Shown here: piece by piece, positions 1-11,988 of the stretch
Position numbering within the stretch: the first letter of the stretch is position 1
Layout: every line of letters starts with the position of its first letter
Source of the DNA: Lepidodermella squamata
Lineage: Eukaryota; Animalia; Gastrotricha
Direction: 5' to 3'
Assembly (NCBI GenBank): GCA_047495785.1
Contig: JBLDXI010000017.1
Span: 3,100,001 to 3,164,000, forward strand
Length of the DNA: 64,000 nucleotides
Program-made: the position numbers and the translations under genes
Notes under the pieces: model-generated
Database searches by the model: none
Told to the model about the DNA's origin: nothing
What the model saw: only the letters and a program-made list of their open reading frames with translations

Positions 1-44
1 GTTGATACCTGCTTCAAATGAGTTTTCGATTTTACTTTTTTCAG

Positions 45-3000
45 TTTCGATGAGGTCATTCGAACCTTGCGCTATGCCGTCAGCTGCAGCAATTCGATGG
101 CGGAAGCTTTCGCCACGCTGGTGGACCGCAAGGGTCGTAGCTTGATATTTTACGGCCGACAGGCCGCGTGCCTCAACGCCACTAATCGAGTTGCTCAGCG
201 CAGTGCTCAAGAGAACGCAAAGCACATGCCCCTTCGCGTGCAGTCGGCGACGTTTGGTGCTTTTCAGTTGCAGGAAGTTGCCGGTAAACCGAAGGAATTC
301 CGCGTTGTATCACTACTAATTATGCCTATTTATGTTTTAGTTCGCATTCTCGACTTGATAATTTCTCGCCTATTGACCAATTCCCCGGATATGCAGCGTG
401 CTATTCTCAACGCGCTCGAAGCACCTTGCCTACGCCCTGCTGATGACCGCAATCAGCTTCTTGTTTTGGACTCGCTTCTGCTGGCAAACAGCGCCTTGTG
501 GAAAGCCGCTCGCTCCTCCACGCATCAATTCTTCATGGCGGCTGCCTTTAGTTTGCCTGAATGCAGACGTAAGAAAGGCGAAATTTTCGATCATTCAATA
601 TGTTTGATATTTCGATATTTCCAGGCCGATTCGGCATGTGCTATGCCCGCAATTACTCACAAATCATGAGCAATTTCGTCGAGAAAGATTTTCATCACTA
701 CAAGGATTCGATTGTTTCAGTTTCTGTCCAGTTATTCACTGTGCCTTCGCTGGTGCTGACTCTAGTTGAGCAGCTCGACTTCATTGTTAAGATCGCAGGT
801 GCAATTCGAACTTCAATTGAACCCGCAATCAACAGCGAAATGGGTGAGTTTCTTCGGCCAGGGTCTTGGGTTTGGGTTCCCTGTGGTCCATGCTGGGATG
901 TAATACACGTTTGTGTTATTTAGGCATAGTTCCGTCGTCGGAACAGCTTGAAAGCGACTCTGTCCCGCCCTTCCTAATAGAACACTTGGCCGAAACTGTA
1001 AATGATATTGAGTATGTACTTTACTGTCACAGATCCTGCCTCGGGTGTCTCTCGTGAAATCATCGACACGAGCAAACTACAGTCCATGGCTCGTACCCTT
1101 CCATCGCCTTACGCTTTTGCCGCGCATGACTTCAGGTGCGAAATGCGTGCAAAACCATTCTTGTGCCTTCTTCTTACTTTGCTTGAATGGACTGTCGATT
1201 GCTTCGTATGTCGTTGAACTTTTCAACGAGGCATCGGCAGCTTGCTAACTCTTTTTTCCACCGCTTCAAACTAACTGTGTGTTAATTTTTCCAGATATGT
1301 GTTGCGATCTCTTCCGAATGAACTTCCACTTTGGTCTGATGCGGTGGAGGACGCAGTTCTGCGAGGGTTCGTGTCCTTCGTTCACCAAGTCGTGAAACCC
1401 TTCACTGGTACGGACGCTTTGACCCGACGAGTCGGCGAACACGTCGAATGGGATCCAGTCCTCACGAACGCATTCTCCTTTTTCGACAGCGTTCATCCGA
1501 CGCTGTTCCTATTCTACAACCGTCTTGTTTCGCCTCATAAGGTTTTTTAACGGAATTTCGTGGTTCAAAAGTAGTAACTTGATTTTGTTTACAGCCTCAA
1601 AGATTGACAAATGCACTCTCTATGATTCGACCTACGCTCAACGCATCTCTGCGATCACTCAACTGCTTTGCCAGCCATGTGGTTAAGCTGGAACTTCGTC
1701 GTGCTGCTGATAAGGCTGGCAGCGTTCAGTCGCCGCCGAAACAGCGCAAGTCCGATGAATCGGAGCATTCTGCTGCGAATCAGAGTGTTGTTGATTCGCT
1801 GATGGCTCAGCTGACGCCGGGTGTCACCCTGGAAGCGACGTGTTCGGGTCACAACGTGACTATTGATCCGGTTTCTCTCCACAACGGCGTGCCTCGAGTA
1901 ATATACGATCTGATGGGAGGTGCTGCATCTCTAGGCATCCAGCCGTGGTTCGCGCTATGCGGAGGCCAGCCGGATGCTCCAGCTTACGATGAATTGACGC
2001 CTATGATAGTCGCAGAACCTGCTCTTCGTGTTCTCGTCTATCAAGCTCAAGTTCAGGCGTCAATGTGGCGGCGAAATGGACTGGCCGTAGCGCAACAGAT
2101 CACTTTCTACCGGCATCACTCCGAGAGCTGTCATCAGTTCGAACTAGACCTGCTCGCCCTTCAACTCGCAGCAATGGCACCCGGCCGTCACCCCGACGAA
2201 TTTTTGATTCAGGTCACCGACAAATTCGGTTTAACATCGTGGCTTGCGAATAACAGCGCGTCAGACGCGAGCAGTGCACCGCAAAAGCACCAGAAACAAT
2301 TCACTGACGTGCTGAATCGTTACGGAACGTCTCTGATCGACGAAATGCTGCTCTTGCTCATCCAGATTTTGATGGAGCGTTACCGACCCGGACTTAGCGC
2401 GGATCTAACCATGCGTGATTGCATGCGTTATAAACTCATCCAGCGACTGGCGACCGGAGCGCAGCCACACTCACAGCTGCGCGAGTGGTTGTTGTCTCAC
2501 AACGACGATGTCGATGCTGAATCTGAGCTGGAGGAGCTTCTTGCTGAACTCGCGGAAACACGAAGTCGGCCAACCGACGGTCGTGTTCTTTTCGATCTGA
2601 AACAATCTCACTTGGAGGAATTCAATCCATTCGCCGCTTGCCTTGAGCGAACTGAACTCGCGCGTGGTGAGCAGCACGTTCGCGAGGGCCTTGCTCGTCA
2701 AATGAGTAGATCTGCGGCTGCATCGCCTGTTGTTATCGTTCCGAGCAAGTTGCCGCCCTTTTCAGCGCTTTTTCAACCTATTCTCGATATTCTCAAGTCC
2801 CCGGTGTTTATTGAACTTATTAGAGTTATTTTGCTAAAAGCGCTTCGTCGAGACACCTCGTTGCATCAGGACTCGCACGTCGATAAAGCTTTGTTTTTGC
2901 TTGCGATTGTGGCCGTTGAACAAAAGCGTGCATCAGGTGGCCTGGGTGTACGATTTTCGGATTTGCCAGACGCTGCTGCCATGTTGCAGACGTTGGTGCA

Positions 3001-6000
3001 ATTGCGTCATCTCAATGGAAGTCAAGCTGCACCGACGAACACTTCCTCGAGCGGACACGCGCGTGGCTCGTCGTCCCAACAAACCCCGGGCGAGTTATCC
3101 AAGTCACAGGTTGATCTTATCGACTGGCTGATAAATGAATTGGTGCCCCCGGCTAACCTAGTTGGAGCTACTGCTGCATCAGGTGCAAGTGCCTCGCCTA
3201 CCGAAGAGACTGATAATGACGCAAAGTCATCTGCTTTCAAACAAAAAAGTGATATTGCTCAGCAACACCGCTTGAAATTGATGCAAAAAATGGCCAAGTT
3301 GCAGCGGAATTTTCTTGAGAATCACCCTGAGCTATCAAACATAGCACAGGGCGGAGCTGCTGCGTCAGCCGCTGCTGCTGAATTAGTCTCGACTTCGCCG
3401 ATGGAGATTTCGGGACCGCATGTGACAGCCAATATAATTCAGCAGATGTTCGATGCGTCTTGCAAAGATGCTGTTTGCATGGTTTGCCAGGACGTGTGTC
3501 GACCGGCGCTAGTCCTCAGGGCTGCTGGGTCTTCGAGCAGCCAGCAGCATATCGTCGTGCCAGGCGGCACGGCTATGGAAACTGCTGCAAATGCGGCGCC
3601 GACAGCCTGTTTTGTCTCCTGCATGCAACGGTGCTATGTTTTGTCACAGAAGAACGCGCCAGTGCAACAGCCTGCCATGTACATGTCAGTTTGCGGCCAC
3701 CCCATCCACGCCTATTGCTGGCAACGCTATACAGGTATTTTTTTATATATTGCTGCGTTTTAGTCTAATTTGGTAATTTGGAATTATCACCATCATTAAA
3801 TGGGTACCACTGGCGGTTTCCTATTTGCGTTACGATTTTCCCGAGTTCAAAATATAACCCCGATTTAGAAATAAAGCAAAAATCTTAGTCATGCCTCACA
3901 TGGTCCCAAATCCACCGCCGTCAGTTGTTAAATCGTAGATGAGCTAAAGAAAACATTAAGCTCGATCGAATCATCCGCGGCGTCAGCAGTACACTCAACC
4001 TGGAGCCATGCGGACCTTTTAGGGTCGTCGCTGAATGCTCTGATAGCAGATCATTCAGGGCCGGACAAGGATTGTAGCCTATACTGATCATACGATCTCG
4101 AAGTCCGAACCGAGAGCCACGCCGAATGGACTTATTACGGTCTTCGCCCGAGTATCATGGGTTGGGTGGTAGCCTCAGTGCTATTCGAAGGGCTTTGTTT
4201 TGAATAACCTCGAGCTTTTTCCTGAGTCCTGGGTCAATGCCTAGCCAAACCTGGCTGCCGAAGATGCAGGTTTTGTATACCAACAGGGCGCTTTCAGGCC
4301 ATAGCCCGAATTTCCTCCTACAGACTGCACGGTTATCCATATGCTTTAGCATTAGGAAAGCAAATGAGCAAAGCAGTTAGCAGCGGCAAGCGGGACGAGT
4401 TAGTCGGGAAGATCAGAAAATTGGAGCCAGTGATCAATCGACTGGTGTTTGGCAATTAAATTTCCAAAAAAATGGTTTGGGCTTTGCAAAACATAACGCA
4501 AAATTTAATATTTACAAAAATTCGAACATGATAAATAGCAAATTGCGATATAGATCAATCGGACCCATTTGAAGAGTCATCGGAGGAACTCGAATAGATA
4601 TTCTGAGCCGTCATCGACTTCCATTCTACGTTGCAACTAATATTCTGATTGATTTTAATGTTTTTAATAGAGAGCCAACAAGCACGACCCCGGCATCGAT
4701 TTCTGCCCGGCGTTTTAACTGCCTTGTTCGGAAGCGGTCGGGGCCAGCCACTCACAAACGCCATCGCACCATGCCCGCTGTGCGAATCACTGGGCAATGC
4801 AGTCATTCCCCTTGTCGACGTCAGATCCTTCCTGCCATGCTCCGCAACATCAACAAGTGAAGTTACTGGCACTTCTTCCGTCCTGGCTGATGCTTGCAAG
4901 TTGCTCCTGACCGTCAGCGACCCTGATGAGCGTGATTATCTTATCGTGAGTAGCCATCGCACAAGTTCGACGTTAACATCGCCGTTCTCGGGCGCTACCG
5001 GTAGTGCAGTTTCGATCGCCGTGACTAATTTCGGAAAAACGGTGGCCCAATTCTTGGTATCGCAAGCTGCGGCGCAGGCGGTTACGGGGTCATCGCCATC
5101 CCTCAAGCTTCCGAGCAGCCCGGATGAGACCGTCAAATTCGTTGCAATGTCTGTAGCCCATTCAGGGCGCTGCATCGCCGCAATCATTCAGACGTTCAAT
5201 CCCGCTGATATTATGGACGAAAACGGCCTATTTACCGGCGCAGTTCGTCGCCACCTCGACTGTCTGGTCGCAGCCTCGCAGGCGGGAGTCGCCACTAGCC
5301 TTTTGGCCGCCGATAGTTTCTGTGCTGTCAATATACTAAGAATCATATCTTCCGGTCTTCTCAATTCGTGCTGCGCCGGTAGCTCTGATGATGAATCGGG
5401 ACCTCCGCAATTCAGTGCACCAGCTTTACCTGACGGAGCTGAATTACTCGCACATTTATGGACCCTTGAACCTCTGGTGCGAACTGGCCTCCAGGCAGCC
5501 GAGTCTTCGAACAACTACGCAGTTGATGCGTTTTGGCTTTGTTTCATGCTTGAGGCCGGCAAGGCTCTGGTTGCCGTTGCGAATAGTGGGGCTGTAATAA
5601 GTGCCAAGACCGAAGCAGATACGCTGAATAAGAATTCGTTTGTTGGCAAACTTTGGGCTGCGATTACATCGTCAGATTCATCTCCGTCTAGCAGCGAACT
5701 TCGCAATTCGTTGTTCTTTGCCCTCAGCCCTTTCTTGCGTTTGAAGGCGTTGTTAGCATCTGGTATTCTTAACAAATCACTATCAGTCCAGGCTTTCGTA
5801 GCCGAATGCCCCGATATCGAAACGATGTACCGAGACGCGTTGGGCTTGAGCGGACGGGTCGATCCGATCGCATGTTTGTTCGAGGGGACTGATGAAGCTT
5901 TTCCGACCAGCAATGGCATTGTCGAGGTCATCATCACTCGATTCCGTTTGGTGGCTGAGTCATCGGTGGCTGGCATTTTGCCATCGCCTAACGCACGTCG

Positions 6001-6696
6001 CCTGGTCTCCTTACCGGCGAATTACGCAGATCTGTTGTCACGAGCGGCCGCTTTTTCCTGCCCATCTGTATTATCATCGCAATCCGCCGGTGCAACTTCT
6101 TCTTCGCAACAGTCAGTATTGTGCCTACTGTGCGACACGCTAGTCTGCGGATCCTCGTGTGAAAGCTGCCTGCGTCGGTTGGGAGCCAGCGACGCCGATG
6201 TCAGCAACACATCTAAGCCGAACCCCATGCTGGTTCACGCCATGACATGTTCTGGCGGCCGTGGTATGTTCCTACGCCTTCACGACTGCTGCCTTCTGCT
6301 GGTTGCCGATCTGAGTGGCCGGACTATCAAACACCCGTCTATGTACACGTAAGTCTCGGAATTCTTTCTGTATTTCACTCAAAATTATAAATTTTCTTCA
6401 TTTTCAAGTGATAAATTTGGCGAACCCGACCCTGGCCTTCGCCGCGGCGGGCCGTTGATTTTGTCTAAACAACGTTTCGCTGAAGTTGAGCGCCTTTGGT
6501 TGGGCCATGGTCTCGCTGATGCTGCTTACAAGTACTACGCCAGTGGAAGATCGGCTGTAAGTTAATCCTCGCTTTAATCGAGCCGTCATAAATATTATTT
6601 TTCATCGCTTGTTTACAGGCAGCTGATCTAATTTTTGCTGGTGTCAACATGGAAGCATTAGCCGGATTGGGCTTTGATCCGGCCGGTTTGCTGTGA
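45..6696 (+). CDS. UBR1: N-end-rule E3 ubiquitin ligase UBR1/UBR2, multi-exon, 5' end outside the window
   Basis: ClpS-like segment FDEVIRTL..LVDRKGR; SVQLFTVPSL; RRVGEHVEWD; ASMWRRNG; split RING-H2 (CMVC..CGHPIHAYCW..CPLC); C-terminal YTDKFGEPDPGLRRGGPL. Exons join in frame through GT-AG introns (e.g. 284-340, 3735-4670); last exon 6619-6696. UBR1 vs UBR2 not resolvable. Confidence 0.9.
4080..4352 (-). mobile_element. Degenerate non-LTR retrotransposon (LINE) ORF2 C-terminal fragment inside a UBR1 intron
   Basis: LLVYKTCI..GSQVW..KLEVIQNKALRIALRLP matches the post-RT region typical of jockey/I-type LINEs; lies in intron 3735-4670; boundaries approximate. Confidence 0.65.
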
Positions 6697-8420
6697 TCGG
6701 CATAGGGGCTGTCCTGCTTTCGTCCGCTTCATTATATATGATTTTTCCATGTGATATATGACTGTTTGGCTATGGCTGAATCACTTTATGTGGAGCAATT
6801 ATAGCTACATTTAATCAATCGAGATTGAGCTTGACATATTTTAATAGCAGAGCCCTCTTTCGATAAAGGGTTACCTATGTGAACTCTCCTAGATTGCTTC
6901 CTTTGTGTTGAGAAATTAAAATAAAGGAGAAAATTGTGATGAAATTATCAAGCTGGTAACACAGTTAACCCGGATCGGTTGAGTTGGTGGTCTTATGAGA
7001 CGACACGAGCCCATTTCATGACCCTCGGGACTTGGGTTGAGTTGAAACCTGCCTGCTAACTGCACATGCGAATGATTCAATGCTGGCTGTGCCCCGTGAA
7101 TGAAATTTCAGGAAATATTACTTAAAGCAGCCGGCGACACCGACAATTTCAAGTTACTTTCCTGCGTGTTTATGATGCATTGAATTTTAAATCAAGTATA
7201 CAAACAGCAGCACGAAAAAACAACGCGATCGAGGACGCTGAAAATACGGCAATCATTTGTTTATTTCTTCTCATTGACGGATCACGCATCTTTTTAAGAA
7301 AATTTTCAGCAATATAAAAACATCAATGCAATATTTTATCGAATACATTTACAAACAAAACAGTTCGGTATTAATGACTCGAACGTAGACTTTTCTCGTT
7401 ACCCATTGCAAGTTCAGTCTCAACAACCTATCAAATGGTCCTCTATCTAGGCAAGACGACACGATAAATAGACGCGCTTTGGTAGTAGCGAGTACAATAC
7501 CTTACGATCGAAAGCACATCAGGCTCGATTTTGCCGCTTCACCCTTAATCGACTTGATTGAAATTATCGAAAACAAAATATTGCGGCGATTTTAATCAAA
7601 GCGCGCTAAAAACACCATGGTCCATGCAGCACATGGAGGTAGCTATGAGTGTATATTGGCAAACTTCAAATGATAAACTTGGTCAGGGGAAATTTTCTCC
7701 GTCACATTTCGGTACATACTTAAGGATTGGCTTGTTTATTTAGGCGTAATAGGGTCACCGCGCGGCCCTCCTCGCGCACTTACTGCTTTTATTTGCACAA
7801 GATTAATGACCCCGCTTTCGCGTAAATCTAGTATTATCAGTTTCTTGCTTCATAGTTGGCTCTTTGATTTTTCAACAAGTTCTTGTTCATGCTCAACATC
7901 ATAAAGTTCTCACTGCGGGAAGCGAATTGCATGTGCATGCTGCGAATTTATTTTGTTCCGCGCTGCTGATCTATTAAAATTTCGAATTCTCTAGCTCTCT
8001 AGCAAAACAAACATCGCGCGTGCCTGCACTCCGAGCAGCTCGTAGTTAATACCTCTTAAGCTGCGCTGCTATTTTGCACTAATAGCGCGTCGATCGTCGT
8101 GTGAAGAAATATTCGGAAAGGCCGCAACTGAATTCAGAATATAGCATTCTATCAAGCATATATAGCATCTATAGCATCTATCGAGCATTTCATTGAGCCT
8201 GTCGTTCATCATCATTCATGAAGCCTCGAATGTCAATAGTTTCAATAATTTAAAGTGATAGTTTGAACATCGTTTCCTCTCAATTACTCTTACTCGTTAG
8301 CTACTCTACTATAGGGAAAAGTGCTTTTCAAACTGATACGATATTCCTTAAAATTAAAAAAAATCGCGGCATCTAATTTAATTGTTACAATTCAGAAATA
8401 GGTATACAGGCTTATTTTTT

Positions 8421-11311
8421 ATGGAGGAAGACATGCAATTTGCAGCTTTCAAGCAGGCTAATCAGAGTAGTCTGCAAGAGGCTTTCGATGAATGGCAGCC
8501 TGGTTCAACGGGATCAGCAAAACCGGCGATGGTCTTGCATCGAGGTAAGTCTCAAACTACCCCATTTTTGCGAAATAGTCTTACCCCTGATGAGCCATGG
8601 GATCGATTTCGAAGTCTATACCGGTCGATTATCGATTTAACAAATCAGAGATTACTATTTATTTCTGATAATCGAAAGCTAAGAGGACCTTAAGCGAAGG
8701 CGGTTTCCAGGTACCAAAGGCCCTTTGGGTTCTAAATATCGGAAACTTGGCGATATTAGGAATGTTTATTAGTTAAAGGGACTTCATAAAAACAGAATTC
8801 TTGATTGTTGGGAAAATTGTTGGTAGTGCTAAAATCCTTAATTTAGAGTTGGACTATCTGTTTAGGTGGGGCTTTTTTACATGGCTCCTATACAGGTAGT
8901 CCAGACCTAAATTAAGGATTTTAGCACTACCAACAATTTTCCCAACAATCAGGAATTATTTTCGAAGTTCAATAACTCAAATCAGATTATAAAATTATTC
9001 TGATGAATAACCCTTGATTCGATCTGATTTGATTTATGAACTTCGGAAATAAGTTATAATAGCGAACTTCATCGGTTCCGTTATTATAACAATTCCGATA
9101 CGATAAGTTCAGAGGGTTGGAAACTTTTCCCCGGTTTTCCCCGGTAGCGCATCCTTGAAACCTTCATGACAATAATTCTCCATTTTCCTTACAGATGGGA
9201 AAGGTCGGTTCGAAACAAGCTCGGTTTCGAATAAATATTCGGATCGTCATCGCTATTTACAATGCCCCTATGATCATCCGCAACCCAAGATACACAGAAG
9301 TGATTATCTGTACCTCCATGTGAAGACTTGCAAGTTCGCTAGCTGTTCGGGGGATTCAGATGAGCTCAAGATGGCGAAAGCTGCTGACGCGAAACAAGTT
9401 CCCAAGCCGCCGAAGCGAGTTAGGTGCCCCAAGTGCAATCTAAAATACTCTGCGGCGGAAAATCCCGATCACTATAAATTTTGCTACGAGCCAGAAGTTC
9501 GTCACCTGATCGAGGAACCTTTTGCCCAGGCGTTTCAAACACCTAAACAGTCTAAACGAATCGCGAGGAGCCTGTTCTCGAATTCGACTTCTTCAACAGG
9601 GTCAGTTTCTATTTCCCCGATCTCAACGCCTGATGTCAGTGGCGAAAAGCATGTAGCCGCGCATAATCCTGATGTTTCAAACACACCAAGCGACACCGCG
9701 AGCTCTCCTCTGGAGTCTACTACAGAAGTCACGTACAGCATGATTGCGTACTGGATTTTGGCCCTGCCCAGCAAAATCTCGAAAAACGAAAGTTTGGCGT
9801 TGAGTTTGAATCATAACCCAACGGAATTTGAAAAACAACACGGGGCCTATTTGCAATCCAAATATCAGCCGTTTGACCCGTTGGCACCTATCTCCGATTC
9901 GATTCGAGAGCGATTGCCTCGTTGTGAACGCCAGATCCAATTTTTGGTCGATCGTTTCGGCGACGTCTCCGAGAAACTTTACGGCTTCAACGAAGATCGG
10001 GTCGAAGCCACTACTCGAAACCAGGTCAACGCAATAATTGGGCTGTTTCAAGTTTTCGGAGTGAAGACAATTGATGATTTGCTCTCAATCCGCTTTTGGG
10101 ATGAAAAGCTGCGTGAATCAGATTCATTGAAGGGCAGTTTGCAAGCTGGTAAAAACCAGGTTGGGAAGAGTGCACAATACACCCGAGTGAAGGCCCTGCC
10201 GCAGTTTTTACTGCATCATATCCTGAAATATCGCTTCAATGCGGTTCAAGTTTTCAAGGCTTCGGCTGTTGTTATGACCGTTGAGGGACCCATTGCGGAA
10301 CTAAATTTTCAACGCAAATTCGAGTCAGCTGCTGCAAGGCACGTTGCCGATCGCACTTTCGCCCCATGGATCGCGCATGACTATGCAACCTTCGTAGTCG
10401 AATCGAACCGAAAGAAACGGGCCGAGCAAAAATTATCACCGAATGACGCTGCGTTGGGCTGCGTGTTGCTGATTTGCGCGCGCAATGCCAATCGTCCGAT
10501 TACGGCGTGGATGTTAGAGCATATCGACTGGGATCAGCAGACCAAGTTCACAAACGGCTTTATCACCTTGCCTGCACGTTGTAAGTTCAGCAAATTTAGT
10601 TTTTTTTACTAGTTCTGATTACCCGAATTGAGGGCGCTTTTAAATTTAGTAGACATTTTTCTTATAATTATTTAAAGTTATTCCCCCTTAATAAATGTTT
10701 CATTTTTAGTTGGAAAAACTATCGGTCGAAACTACATTTGTGACTTGACACTGGATCCGTTTGCCGTCGAGGAACTCGCCTATTATCACAAACATGTCCG
10801 CCCGAATCTTCGCCCGGTTTCCGACAAAGCAGCTCAGCGGTTTTTCTTGGCGGAGGATGGAAAACCGCTTTCAACCTCAATGTTGTTGGGATTGACGAAG
10901 AAAACATGGCCGCTCTTCGTCCAATCGCTACCCGAGGAAGACCGTCCGAAGAGCAAAACGTTCATCTTCGGAGCGCAACGAACGGCGGTTCAAACCAGGC
11001 GCCGTTTCATGCCAGTGGAAGGCGAGCCTTCACGCGAAGAATACAATCGCATGTGCGGACACAGCGAGCCAACTGCTGATCGCAACTACACCAAGGCTGT
11101 GTCTGAGAGGAGCAAGGCCAACATCGTTGCGTATGAGATGGAGATAGCCGAGTGGGTAAAAGCAGGCTACGAAGGCCCTGCACCTCAATTCGATCGCAAT
11201 CGTTTGGCCCCGATTTCTACGCCTCGACCGGCTCCAACAACGTCGAAAATCGGCGAAAAAAAGCGCAAAGCCTACGGCAACAAAAGTGGCAACAAAAAAT
11301 CGCGCTTTTGA
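8421..11311 (+). CDS. Tyrosine recombinase (CryptonV-like) with two N-terminal zinc-knuckle motifs; exons 8421-8544, 9195-10580, 10710-11311
   Basis: Both GTAAGT...AG phase-1 introns keep the frame. Catalytic residues in YR order: R (ARNANRP), K (FGKT), xxxR (GAQR), H (MCGHS), Y (TADRNY). Cys/His motifs CPYDH..HVKTC and CPKC..HYKFC. Confidence 0.75.
8796..8957. repeat. Long inverted repeat (foldback hairpin) in YR intron 1
   Basis: 8802-8846 is the perfect 45-bp reverse complement of 8907-8951; imperfect pairing extends to arms of about 70 bp. Confidence 0.95.
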
Positions 11312-11988
11312 CTATTAGTTCTGATTTTACTACCAGTTTTGTTTCGATTTTTTCTCGAATTTTGTTCTTGTGAGAGTTTCTAGTTGATTTTGAATTGCCA
11401 TGTACCTTTTATATGTGAAACTTTGGCACGATACTCGCGTTTTTCATCTCTTGACTTCCGGTTTCTATGAAATTACAACGCCGCGCAGTTGGTTAAAACT
11501 ATTCTCGCGCACTTATTACTAATCGCGCAACTTATTGACTTATTATTATCCCTTGCGCAAACATCGACGATCGACGCACTTGCTGTTACGCGCCTAAATA
11601 AACAAAGATGTTGACGCTCAGAAATTTTGGCACATTGTGACGGATAAAATTTTAATATGAAAATTCAAGATATCAGAGCGTTCTGAACTATTTAAAAGCC
11701 ATTCGAAAAGCTCATCGAAACAATCTGAGCGACAGCAAATTTGTCAGAAGTGAAATAAGAGCCATCAAAGCGGCATAATATGATTCAAAAATATTAGCGC
11801 TATTGAAGCAAGTTTATCATTGGAAAGAACTTCAATATCGAAGAACGGATTTGTTGAAACAAGTAACAAGCAACAAAACTTGCGCTATCATCAAATGCAT
11901 GCGCCACAATAAAATCACGGTCATTGAGAGGCAAGCGTCACTTTCTCTTGTCATACAAGAGAAAGCCTCTGTAATAAGAGTGAACTAC

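Larger units (their letters stand above)
7690..11652 (+). mobile_element. Crypton-like tyrosine-recombinase DNA transposon, about 3.96 kb
   Basis: Two nested inverted-repeat pairs: 7690-7706 / 11636-11652 (16/17 match) and 7732-7746 / 11591-11605 (15/15 match). They enclose a spliced YR gene; no TSD seen. Confidence 0.7.

Noticed and set aside
923-1011. Extra UBR1 cassette exon
   Set aside because: Enters in phase, but no donor of the right phase rejoins the next exon; intron 844-1031 already keeps the frame.
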